Made by a program: the position numbers and the translations under genes. From an uncultured Candidatus Bathyarchaeia archaeon (GTDB taxonomy: Archaea; Thermoproteota; Bathyarchaeia; Bathyarchaeales; Bathyarchaeaceae): DNA of 64,000 bases. Shown here piece by piece: positions 8,520 through 16,996 of this stretch; the first letter of the stretch is position 1; each line of letters begins with the position of its first letter. Under the pieces are notes generated by a model. It was not told the DNA's origin, searched no databases, and was given only the letters and a program-made list of their open reading frames with translations. The stretch is taken from NCBI GenBank assembly GCA_964418675.1, contig CAYQMM010000002.1, forward strand, positions 132,875-196,874, read 5' to 3'.

Positions 8520-8950
8520 ACGGCTTCTCCGCCGACTGCCCGTTGTATCGCAGTAACCCAGTCTCGTGCATTGTAGACTTCAAAAGCGGGGTTCTCCATT
8601 CCTTGTTCGGTATCCAATGAAATAACAAGAACTTGGTACGGTTCTTTGCTAAATAATGATGGTGGAGTGTTCAGTGTTCCTTTTTTTCTCGTACGGTTTT
8701 CAACTATAGCTCCTACCACATTGTCTATAGGAAGGTTGATTTTCACTCCCACAGTTTGAGTCTCCATTTTCTCTCCGAATCCTAAAAAACCACCGGATTT
8801 GACATTTTTTTGTTCCAAAAAGAGGAACCGTTTGTTGGTCAAGATGAGTTTTCCCCATATCACAGACCCAATCCTACTATAACCCATGTGGTAGATTACG
8901 TTAGCCTGTTCTCTGACAACGGTCTCTCCCCTACCTAGAAAGAAACTCAT
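8516..8950 (-). CDS. PH/GRAM-like domain protein
   Basis: GKLILTNKRFLFLEQ followed by beta-rich sequence is typical of GRAM or bacterial PH-like domains. It is the first gene of the 8950-7184 operon. Confidence 0.5.
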   Translation of the reverse strand: MSFFLGRGETVVREQANVIYHMGYSRIGSVIWGKLILTNKRFLFLEQKNVKSGGFLGFGEKMETQTVGVKINLPIDNVVGAIVENRTRKKGTLNTPPSLFSKEPYQVLVISLDTEQGMENPAFEVYNARDWVTAIQRAVGGEAV

Positions 8951-9061
8951 TCTCCATATACCCCCTTCTTTTTAAGATATTTAATTATCATCAAGGTATG
9001 TTTATTAATTTTTCGATTCAATTATATTGATATTAAATATGTGATTGTTTGGAATTGCTTT

Positions 9062-9457
9062 TTATGGTGTTTTTAGTAGGGAGACTTTGATTTGGTTGAT
9101 TTGTTCGTTGGTTCGGAAGGCGTCCACTAGTTTTCTGACTGTGTCTGCTTCCCCTTTTACCACGATTACTTCTAGGCAGTAGTCTTCGTCTATGTGAGCG
9201 TGAAGAAAGGTTGAGATAATATCCCCAAAGCTGTGTTGGATTTCAGATATTTGCCCTTTCGTCACTTCTCTTCTGTAAATGATTGTTATGGATGCAGCGA
9301 TTTCTCCCTCCAGTTCCCTGAGGCTTCTGCTCTCCATAATGAATGTCCTTAAAGCTTGCCGAACAATCTCGGACCTATTTACGAATCCCTGCTCCCTGAT
9401 GGAGGTCTCCACTCGCTCCAGGAGCTTTTCTGGAATTGAGACGCTGACGACTGTCAA
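9062..9457 (-). CDS. nikR: nickel-responsive regulator NikR
   Basis: N-terminal ribbon-helix-helix (VSVSIPEKLLERVE...RSEIVRQALR). The C-terminal domain carries the high-affinity Ni-site pattern QHSF...HAHIDEDYC (H-x-H-x5-C plus an upstream His). Confidence 0.8.
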   Translation of the reverse strand: MTVVSVSIPEKLLERVETSIREQGFVNRSEIVRQALRTFIMESRSLRELEGEIAASITIIYRREVTKGQISEIQHSFGDIISTFLHAHIDEDYCLEVIVVKGEADTVRKLVDAFRTNEQINQIKVSLLKTP

Positions 9458-9513
9458 CTAGTTCCACCAAGTTATTAAAACATCACCGCATGCTTATATA
9501 ATTTTTATTAAAA

Positions 9514-9553
9514 AATGGCGATAGTTTTAATAAAGTTCCATGCCATAGCCATT
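9514..9553. promoter_or_regulatory. imperfect inverted repeat AATGGCGATAG-N18-CCATAGCCATT, a candidate NikR operator
   Basis: 9 of 11 arm positions are complementary. It lies between a TATA-like CTTATATAA (about 9493-9501) and the transporter start codon at 9576. Confidence 0.35.
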
Positions 9554-9575
9554 AAATTGCGAAAAAGGGGTAGTC

Positions 9576-10520
9576 ATGAACAAACGACAGAAAATCTTTG
9601 TGACAGTAGTAGTCATAACCGTTTTAGCTTCAGCCGTTGCTGCTTCTTACTACTCGATTCTACAAGAAGAAATGAAGGTTGACAAGCTAAAAGTCGTAGC
9701 TACACTCTATCCTCTAGCGTTTTTCGCTCAAGAGATAGGTGGAGAAGAAGTGGCTATAAAGCAGCTTATCCCCGACAACACGGAGGCACACAGTTGGCAG
9801 CCATCCTTCTCTGACATCCTAGCCGTAGACGAAGCTGATGTACTACTCTACAACGGCGCATCCCTTGACAACTGGTTAAAGGACGACATACTCCCAGTAG
9901 TCAATTCAAGCGATAAGATAATCGTAGAGACCACAGAGGGACTAAATCTCCTTGAAACCGACCCAAATCTCACTGACGAACATGAAGGACTCTATGACCC
10001 TCACACGTGGATAAGCCCCTTCCTAGCAAAACAGCAAGCTCAAAAAATATACGAAGCTCTAATCCAGAAGGACCCAACTCATATGGAATACTACACTGAA
10101 CGCTGGCAAACCCTGGAGGAGAGGTTCAAGGAACTGGACAACAACTACATGAGTGAACTCGCCAACAAGAAAAAAGAAGACATTTTTGTCGCCCACTCTG
10201 CCTTCGGCTATCTCGCTGACAGATACGGCTTCCAGCAGCATGGGATTATCGGCATCTCCGCAGACGAGCAACCAAGCACCTCAGTGTACGCAAACCTAGT
10301 AAACATGATGATAGAACATGAGACATACGTCGTCTATGTGGACCCAGTTTACCAAGAAGAATCCGCCCAAACCCTCAAGAACGCCTTGGAGACCCTCACA
10401 GACCAGAATGTCCATATTCTGAAGCTCTACGTTATGCTCGGCTCCATAGACGGATTAGATTACTTTGGGCAACAGGAAAAAAACTTGGAAAACCTAAAGA
10501 TAGGCCTTGAAGCTAGTTAG
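9576..10520 (+). CDS. metal ABC transporter substrate-binding protein (ZnuA/TroA cluster A-I type)
   Basis: N-terminal TM or signal segment and conserved metal-ligand regions (EAHSWQP, DPHTWISP, FVAHSAFGYL). First gene of a three-gene operon. Confidence 0.85.
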   Translation: MNKRQKIFVTVVVITVLASAVAASYYSILQEEMKVDKLKVVATLYPLAFFAQEIGGEEVAIKQLIPDNTEAHSWQPSFSDILAVDEADVLLYNGASLDNWLKDDILPVVNSSDKIIVETTEGLNLLETDPNLTDEHEGLYDPHTWISPFLAKQQAQKIYEALIQKDPTHMEYYTERWQTLEERFKELDNNYMSELANKKKEDIFVAHSAFGYLADRYGFQQHGIIGISADEQPSTSVYANLVNMMIEHETYVVYVDPVYQEESAQTLKNALETLTDQNVHILKLYVMLGSIDGLDYFGQQEKNLENLKIGLEAS

Positions 10521-10544
10521 AAAATAAGGTAAAGTTGAAATGAA

Positions 10545-11357
10545 ATGTTGAATAATATTCAATCGGGCGCCATGGAAGAAAATAAGTCTCCGGTGTTAGA
10601 GGTTTCAAACCTCCATGTAACTAGATCTAATTCTCTGGTTATCGAAGACGCCAACTTCACTGTCCAGCGAGGAGACTACGTCGGCATAGTGGGTCCCAAT
10701 GGAGGAGGCAAAACCACTCTTCTTCTGGCTCTCCTAAATCTCCTACCTAGAACCAAGGGAACAATCCGCCTCTTTGGACAAGACATCGAATCCTTCTCCC
10801 GCTGGGAAAAAGTTGCTTACGTGCCCCAACACGCCATAAACTTCGACTCCCATTTTCCTTTAGCAGTGAGAGAACTGGTAGCCCTTGGCAGGGTGAACCG
10901 AAGCAATATCGGTAGAACCTTGAAGCGAGGAGATTGGGATGCAGTGGATGATTCTATCGAGTTCATGGGATTATCTGACATTGCAGACAGAAGGATTGGG
11001 CAGCTGTCTGGAGGGCAGAAACAGAGGGTCTTCGTGGCTAAAGCTTTGGTGAGGAAGCCTGAAATAATTTTCTTGGACGAGCCAGTAGTTGGCGTGGACG
11101 CTAAGACCCAAGAGAAATTTTACAAAAAGCTTAGCGACCTTAATGTCGCAAGGGGCATCACCATCCTGTTAGTGACTCATGACCTGACAGCGGTTTTCTG
11201 CAGGATGTCCAAAGTCCTGTGCATGAACCGATGGGTTAACATGGCTGAGATAACTGAAGATTTGGAGCCAGGTGAGTTTCTAAGGAAAGCCTACGGCGAA
11301 CACTTCCACTTCGTCTTCCATAAGCATGAATGTGAGCGGATTTTCGAAAATGAATGA
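10545..11357 (+). CDS. metal ABC transporter ATP-binding protein (ZnuC-like)
   Basis: Walker A GPNGGGKTT, signature LSGGQKQR, Walker B IIFLDEP. Confidence 0.9.
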   Translation: MLNNIQSGAMEENKSPVLEVSNLHVTRSNSLVIEDANFTVQRGDYVGIVGPNGGGKTTLLLALLNLLPRTKGTIRLFGQDIESFSRWEKVAYVPQHAINFDSHFPLAVRELVALGRVNRSNIGRTLKRGDWDAVDDSIEFMGLSDIADRRIGQLSGGQKQRVFVAKALVRKPEIIFLDEPVVGVDAKTQEKFYKKLSDLNVARGITILLVTHDLTAVFCRMSKVLCMNRWVNMAEITEDLEPGEFLRKAYGEHFHFVFHKHECERIFENE

Positions 11358-12168
11358 ACTCATTGACATTTTCAGATTTCTGGAATACCAGTTCTTCCAG
11401 AATGCACTCCTAGGCGGAACCATAGCCGCCCTAGCTTGCGCATGGGTTGGTCTCTTCCTGATACTGCGGAAGGAAGCCATGATAGGTGATGGAATAGCCC
11501 ACACCGCTTTTGGAGGCATAGCTTTAGGGTTGTTTCTGGGCATAAACCCAATCTTGACCGCTTTGCTCGTCGCGATTCTAGCCGTTTTGGGTATATCTTA
11601 CATGCGAAGGAGGGGGTTGGCTCAGTCTGACTCTGCTATAGCCGTGATGATGACCATAGGGTTTTCTACCGGTCTGATTATAATCAGCTTGGCTGGGGGA
11701 TTCAACGTTGAGCTTTTCAGTTTTCTCTTCGGCTCAATTCTCACCATCGACCAAACTGACCTCATTATAGTGTCAATTCTTGGAATATCGGCGATTTTCA
11801 TTTTGGGAATCTTCTACAAGGAGCTTCTTTCCATGACCTTTGACGAAGAAGACGCAAGGTTGATGGGCATCCCGGTTCGGTCGCTGTCATTGGCTTTCAA
11901 TTTGCTGGTGGCAATCACGATTGTGCTTTCTATAAAGGTGATTGGGGTGATTCTTGTGGTTGCTCTCTTAGTTCTTCCCGGGCTCGCTGCTCTTCAACTG
12001 AATCTTTCGTTTAAGGGGACAACTGTGGTTGCCATAGGCTTCGGGATTCTCAGCATGATAACTGGTGTACTGCTCTCAGCAATCTACAATGTGGCAACAA
12101 GCGGCGTCATAGTCTTCACTGCAGCAGGCTTTTTCCTGTTCACAGCCATTTACAGAAGGCTTGAATAG
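11326..12168 (+). CDS. metal ABC transporter permease (ZnuB-like)
   Basis: Multi-pass membrane protein with the ZnuB/TroC-type pattern (DEEDARLMGIPV). The likely start is ATG 11350, overlapping the end of the ATPase gene. Confidence 0.9.
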   Translation: MNVSGFSKMNELIDIFRFLEYQFFQNALLGGTIAALACAWVGLFLILRKEAMIGDGIAHTAFGGIALGLFLGINPILTALLVAILAVLGISYMRRRGLAQSDSAIAVMMTIGFSTGLIIISLAGGFNVELFSFLFGSILTIDQTDLIIVSILGISAIFILGIFYKELLSMTFDEEDARLMGIPVRSLSLAFNLLVAITIVLSIKVIGVILVVALLVLPGLAALQLNLSFKGTTVVAIGFGILSMITGVLLSAIYNVATSGVIVFTAAGFFLFTAIYRRLE

Positions 12169-12211
12169 CTCGCGGGTTACACTTTAATCCCAAACCCAAA
12201 AAGCTTAAATT

Positions 12212-12928
12212 TTGAGTAAAAAAAGGCTGGACTCAAAAAATAGAAGAATAAATCGGGGATTTTCTCTAATGATCGAAATGATCTTATCTGGTTTTCTCTT
12301 TTGGTTTATTATAATCACAAACATTGCAAGTGGGAGATTCGGTTATGAGACATTACCGAGTGATTTGAACTCGGAAGCTAAGCTGCAAAAGATTAACAAT
12401 AATCCAAGGAAATTTAAAATAAGCATCGTGTTAATCCTTATAGAACATTTTAGCATAATTTCTCTTGCTATAATGTTGTTTATTGCTTTCAGTCCCTATA
12501 ACATAATGCTCGCTGTTGTTTGGACAATCTCTAGAACAGCAGAAGGTGTGATCCAAATCTACAATAAAAAAGACTATTGGCGGCTTCTCAACATAGCAAG
12601 AAAATACTCAGGTACTAGTGGCGCTGAAAAAAATGAGTTAATTGATTTAGGTCGTAGCATTCTTAAAACGAAAAACTCTAGTTTCACATTTGCCCAGATC
12701 TTATTCTCCATTGGTACACTCTCATACTCAATCTTGTTTGTTACCTATGGAGTTGTACCCGAAATTGTTGGATGGTTTGGAATTGTTGCCAGCATTCTCT
12801 ATGGCTTCGCCAGCGGGATAGCACTTGTAAAACCCAACTTTAAAGTTCTGGGCTACTTCGGGGGTCTGTTAATTTTGGTTTTTGAAATAGTCTTAGGAGG
12901 ATGGCTATTGTTTTCTCCACTAATTTAG
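12212..12928 (+). CDS. multi-pass membrane protein (DUF4386-like)
   Basis: 238-aa hydrophobic ORF. The family call is from memory of the overall pattern only. Confidence 0.45.
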   Translation: MSKKRLDSKNRRINRGFSLMIEMILSGFLFWFIIITNIASGRFGYETLPSDLNSEAKLQKINNNPRKFKISIVLILIEHFSIISLAIMLFIAFSPYNIMLAVVWTISRTAEGVIQIYNKKDYWRLLNIARKYSGTSGAEKNELIDLGRSILKTKNSSFTFAQILFSIGTLSYSILFVTYGVVPEIVGWFGIVASILYGFASGIALVKPNFKVLGYFGGLLILVFEIVLGGWLLFSPLI

Positions 12929-12947
12929 CCCAAATACGGGTTTGAGA

Positions 12948-13388
12948 TTATACTTTAACTCTGAAGTCTTCTTTGACGACATTGAGCACAACATTTGTAA
13001 CTGTTTTGCTCACATGAGGCATCTTCAGGGTCGATTTGATGAAGTTGTTTAGCGTAGCCCTGTTCATGAATCTTGCGACAACCGCTACGTCATAGTCTCC
13101 GGTGATGTCATATATGGATATAACCTCGTCTAGTTTAGACAACTCTTTTTCAACTTCCGGCAGATACCGTCCGTCAGCCTGAATAAGTATGAGGGCAGTC
13201 AAGCCATAACCAAGTTTAGTGGGGTCCAAGATTATTGTGTAGCCCTTCAGGATGCCTCTATCCTCTAAGTTCTTGACACGGTTGTAAGCTGTTCCGACAG
13301 CTATGCCGAGACTCTCCGCTATCTTGTTGAAGCTCTTTCGAGAATCTTCTTGTAGCAAACGGATGATGTTGCGGTCAATATCATCCAC
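12948..13388 (-). CDS. lrp: Lrp/AsnC family transcriptional regulator (full length, HTH plus RAM domain)
   Basis: MDDIDRNIIRLLQEDSRKSFNKIAESLGIAVGTAYNRVKNLEDRGILKGY is a canonical AsnC HTH, followed by a RAM domain. Confidence 0.9.
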   Translation of the reverse strand: MDDIDRNIIRLLQEDSRKSFNKIAESLGIAVGTAYNRVKNLEDRGILKGYTIILDPTKLGYGLTALILIQADGRYLPEVEKELSKLDEVISIYDITGDYDVAVVARFMNRATLNNFIKSTLKMPHVSKTVTNVVLNVVKEDFRVKV

Positions 13389-13479
13389 GTTTTGAAATGA
13401 ATCGTAATTCAGTTTCCATTTCCTCCTTCTTCGTTTTGTAAGATTATTCAGCTAACTAACAGTGAGTCTTACGTCTCCG

Positions 13480-13493
13480 TGAACACATGTTCA
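13480..13493. promoter_or_regulatory. palindrome TGAACA-ca-TGTTCA in the lrp/glnA divergent intergenic region
   Basis: Perfect 6-2-6 inverted repeat. It sits just downstream (lrp direction) of GCTTATATATGC, a TATA-like element on the lrp strand. Confidence 0.35.
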
Positions 13494-13536
13494 TTTATTC
13501 TTCGCATATATAAGCTTTCCTTCAGATAATAGGAAA

Positions 13537-13547
13537 CATTTATATGC
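13537..13547 (+). promoter_or_regulatory. TATA-like box upstream of glnA
   Basis: CATTTATATGC preceded by A-rich GGAAA, 30-55 nt upstream of the two candidate glnA start codons (13577 and 13592). Confidence 0.4.
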
Positions 13548-13576
13548 AAATCTGTAATATTCTCAATTTCAACTGA

Positions 13577-15049
13577 ATGAATGGTGATAACATGGAGGCT
13601 ATTAGAACAGCCAAGGAATCACTGAAGAAAAACAAAATCCGATGGGTACACACAGCCTTCGTAGACATTCGCGGTCTAATGCAGGATGTGGTGATACCCG
13701 CCAAACAATACACGGAGGGACAAGCACTAACCGCCGGAATCGGCTTCGACGGATCATCTGTACGAGGCTTCAAAAAAATAGAAGAGTCCGACATGATCCT
13801 CAAACCGGACCCTGAAACATTAGCCATCCTCCCATGGACAACTGACGAAATGCAAAAGAGCGCCATAATCCTCGGAGACGTCTACGAAGCCTTCGGAGGC
13901 AACGAACCCTCAGTTGTAGACCCAAGAGGCTACGTAGCAAGGAGAGCCGTCAAAACAGCAGCAGGCATGGGTTACACCGGCTTCTTCGGTCCAGAACTAG
14001 AATACTTCGTCTTCAGTTCCATCGACCCCACAAACCTTGTTTGGGACATGTGGGTTAGCCCAAAAGGTGGCGCAGGAGACTCTTGGGGCGCACCACGAGT
14101 TGTACCCAAATCTCCAGAAACCACCCCGGGAAGCCACACTCTGAGACCAAAGGAGGCATATTTCAGGCCGCCGCCAGAAGACACAACTGTGGAGTACCGC
14201 AACGAAGTCGCATCGTTACTGCAAGAAAACTTCAGCACAGAGATTGAGATGCACCACCACGAGGTTGCCACGGCAGGACAGATTGAGATAGACTTCAAAT
14301 ACGGAGATTTGGTGAAAACCGCTGACACGACCCTCTACTACAAGTTCGTGGCAAAAAACGTAGCAAAGAAATATGGTATGGTCGCTACTTTCATGCCTAA
14401 GCCAGTTTACCTTGACAACGCCAGCGGCATGCACGTCCACACTTCATTATGGAAAGCCGGAAAAAACGCGATGTATGACGCGAAGGATGAGTATGCTGAG
14501 CTAAGCCAGACGGGCAGATACTTCATTGGAGGTCTACTTGAACACGCCAGAGCCATAACCGCTATAAGTTGTCCCACAGTGAACTCCTACAAACGCCTTG
14601 TGCCAGGTTTTGAGGCGCCCATCTACATAATGTGGTCTCGCCGCAACAGGTCAGCCATGGTGCGAGTTCCCGTATACTTCAAGGGTCCCGAGTTCGCTTC
14701 ACATAAACGCGCTGAAATGCGTTCTGCTGATCCATCCTGCAACACCTACCTAGCCTTTTCGTGTATCCTTATGGCTGGGCTTGACGGAATAAAGAAGAAA
14801 ATTGATCCAGGTGACCCTGTGGATGAGGATGTGTATGAACTGACTCCTGAGAGGAGGCGAGCCCTTGGTATTAAGGAGTTGCCAACGACACTGAAGGATG
14901 CTTTAGATGAGATGAAGAGTGATGAGGTGGTCCATAAGACTCTTGGAAGCCACATATTCGATGCTTTCATCGAATACAAGACCAATGACTGGAACCAGTA
15001 CTGCCTCTATGTCACTCCGTGGGAAATAATGAAATACTTAGACTACTAA
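13577..15049 (+). CDS. glnA: glutamine synthetase type I
   Basis: 490 aa with GS signatures (FDGSS.RGF, GPELEYF, GMHVHTSLW, NSYKRLVPGFEAP, RNRSAMVRVP). The start may be Met at 13592. Confidence 0.95.
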   Translation: MNGDNMEAIRTAKESLKKNKIRWVHTAFVDIRGLMQDVVIPAKQYTEGQALTAGIGFDGSSVRGFKKIEESDMILKPDPETLAILPWTTDEMQKSAIILGDVYEAFGGNEPSVVDPRGYVARRAVKTAAGMGYTGFFGPELEYFVFSSIDPTNLVWDMWVSPKGGAGDSWGAPRVVPKSPETTPGSHTLRPKEAYFRPPPEDTTVEYRNEVASLLQENFSTEIEMHHHEVATAGQIEIDFKYGDLVKTADTTLYYKFVAKNVAKKYGMVATFMPKPVYLDNASGMHVHTSLWKAGKNAMYDAKDEYAELSQTGRYFIGGLLEHARAITAISCPTVNSYKRLVPGFEAPIYIMWSRRNRSAMVRVPVYFKGPEFASHKRAEMRSADPSCNTYLAFSCILMAGLDGIKKKIDPGDPVDEDVYELTPERRRALGIKELPTTLKDALDEMKSDEVVHKTLGSHIFDAFIEYKTNDWNQYCLYVTPWEIMKYLDY

Positions 15050-15078
15050 AAGAGAGATAAGGAGAGAGGTGAATAATC

Positions 15079-15309
15079 ATGAAAGCATATCTACTGATTG
15101 AAACGAGGCCCGGAACATCCGAGGATGTCGTCAAAGCGATCCGAATGCGTTTCAAAAATGTTCTGCATGCTGACTCCGTTTATGGTCGACACGATGTTAT
15201 CGTTGTCTTAGAAGCTCCAGACCTCGAACAGCTCAACGAGTTCGTGTACAAGGTAATTGAAAAGGACCCCAACATCGTTCACACAGAGACGGCGATTACT
15301 CTATTCTAA
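15079..15309 (+). CDS. stand-alone Lrp/AsnC ligand-binding (RAM) domain protein
   Basis: 76 aa. KAYLLIETRPGTSEDVVKAI...VYGRHDVIVVLEAPDLEQLNEFV...HTET is a RAM fold without an HTH. Confidence 0.7.
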   Translation: MKAYLLIETRPGTSEDVVKAIRMRFKNVLHADSVYGRHDVIVVLEAPDLEQLNEFVYKVIEKDPNIVHTETAITLF

Positions 15310-15323
15310 GAGGAGATACATGG

Positions 15324-15593
15324 ATGTCTTCAACAAAGGATCTTCGCCGTAAGACGATAAGGGCTTTTGTCCTCTTGACTATGAAGCCTGGAACTTCAGA
15401 GGAAATTGTAAGCTCAAGGCGAATTAGGGGCGTAAAGCTGGCTGGCTCTGTTCTGGGGAGATTCGATGCCATAGCGGTGGTAGAAGCAGAAAGTTCCGAA
15501 GAGCTAACAAAGATAATCTACGAGATGATAGAACAGCATCCCAGCGTAGTTCACACTGAAACCTTGTTATCAATGTTCACACCGCAAACTTGA
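15324..15593 (+). CDS. stand-alone Lrp/AsnC ligand-binding (RAM) domain protein, paralog
   Basis: 89 aa with the same pattern (AFVLLTMKPGTSEEIV...VLGRFDAIAVVEAESSEELTKII...HTET). Confidence 0.7.
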   Translation: MSSTKDLRRKTIRAFVLLTMKPGTSEEIVSSRRIRGVKLAGSVLGRFDAIAVVEAESSEELTKIIYEMIEQHPSVVHTETLLSMFTPQT

Positions 15594-15666
15594 CCACACA
15601 AAATCTACAACACCACGCTGTCGGACAGGTCTCGAAGCCAAGTGCCTGACACCCGACACTCCAATC

Positions 15667-15680
15667 TTTTTTATTTTTTT
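15667..15680 (+). terminator. oligo-T tract (TTTTTTATTTTTTT)
   Basis: T-run about 75 nt after the stop of the RAM-domain gene, preceded by a short CTGTC-g-GACAG hairpin. Archaeal terminators are oligo-T tracts. Confidence 0.4.
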
Positions 15681-15701
15681 AGAAAACATAGCCAATTTAT
15701 C

Positions 15702-16440
15702 TTATGATCTGTTGTTCAAAGACTTCTTTTTGAGCATTATCACAGATCCCGTGACAATTAGGAAAAGAGGCAGAAATATCCATGAAGGAAACTCTGGAAT
15801 TTTGCTAACATTAACTGGATTCATTGATGGATAGTTGTCTTGGTTGTTCTCATCGATGATGTAAGGTGTATCGCCGATACCATCACCGTTACTGTCTGTT
15901 CCGCTGTAGTCATTCCAATAGTTTGAAGTAAAGCTTAGATTGCTAGAAAACAAAATGCGAACCTCATAACTTCCACTGAATAAATTGTTATTTATAACAG
16001 TGATATGGGATGAATTTTCAATATGAATTCCAGAATGGAATCCAATTATGTTCAGGTTTTTTACAGTTACCCCTGTTCTATTTATCAAGGACACTCCTGA
16101 CAGTACTGGAGGATCTGGAACCTGAAGCGTATTACCAGCACCATCCAATATGACGTTGTCACGTTGAATGATTATGTGTTGCTGGGTCATTTTCAGTTAG
16201 GATGTATGTGTTTCCGACACGGTTGATTGAAGCGTTTGTGGGATCAACGCTGCCATCATTGCGGATGTAAATAGGGGTCACCCATAATGCTGGGAAGGTG
16301 TTTGCCCGCACCTCCTTAACAACTGGTATTCTAGCCACCAGTGAGAATAAAAGTGCCAAAATGAGCGTTATTACCAAATCTGTTCTTTTCATGTCCTTCT
16401 TTCCCCACGATAGGGACCAATAATACACTACTTGATACAA
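15702..16440 (-). pseudogene. right-handed beta-helix (NosD-like) surface protein with PEF-CTERM-like anchor, split by one frameshift
   Basis: ORFs 16159-16440 (signal peptide ...NRVGNTYILTEN) and 15702-16190 (TQQHIIIQRDNVILDGAGNTLQ...) read as one protein if the frame is shifted in GAAAATGAC (about 16188-16194). The C-terminus IPEFPSWIFLPLFLIVTGSVIMLKKK resembles the PEF-CTERM sorting signal. Confidence 0.65.
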
Positions 16441-16455
16441 AAGAAAAGCATTTTT

Positions 16456-16496
16456 GTCAAGAAGTCTTGACTAGAGATTAGTCAAGAAACTTTGAC
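16456..16496. promoter_or_regulatory. two tandem GTCAA-N6-TTGAC palindromes
   Basis: GTCAAGAAGTCTTGAC (16456-16471; 7-2-7 perfect) and GTCAAGAAACTTTGAC (16481-16496), 25 bp apart. They lie 16-56 bp upstream of the beta-helix gene start at 16440. Confidence 0.35.
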
Positions 16497-16553
16497 CCAA
16501 AACCATTATCTATCTGCTTCTGGTTAGTTAAATATTTATTTTCCATTCTTATG

Positions 16554-16874
16554 CTAGGCTGTCCAGTAGGAAAAAATTTGTAGCTTGTCTATTGGGAGTT
16601 GTGTTCTGAGGAAACTTTTCACGTCCTCGTCTGTGAGGAAGCGGTTTCCCTTCTTGTCAGTTTGGATTGGGATTCCTGTTCTTCGCAGTTTGTCGCCTTT
16701 GGCAGAGTCTGTGAAGATGTACTGGGCGCCCTCTACGGGCAAGATCAGTTTTAGTCCCGTATGGTTCTTGGCGGGGATGCTCTGGGCGATAACATAGACT
16801 ACGCTCTTAGGCTTCTTCTCTAGAGCTAACGCCTTAAATTCTTCCCAACTTTTCACGCGAATAGTTCTTCCCAT
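16554..16874 (-). CDS. hypothetical protein
   Basis: 106-aa ORF with no recognisable motif. Confidence 0.4.
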   Translation of the reverse strand: MGRTIRVKSWEEFKALALEKKPKSVVYVIAQSIPAKNHTGLKLILPVEGAQYIFTDSAKGDKLRRTGIPIQTDKKGNRFLTDEDVKSFLRTQLPIDKLQIFSYWTA

Positions 16875-16996
16875 TGTGTGGTCTCTCGTCGCACTTGATG
16901 TGCCTCTTCTAGATTCTTATCTTTTCTTGTTTTTGAACCCTTACAAGGCGATAGAAAGGTTTTTGTTTAACAATACTGTCTCAGTTCCTGCATTAT

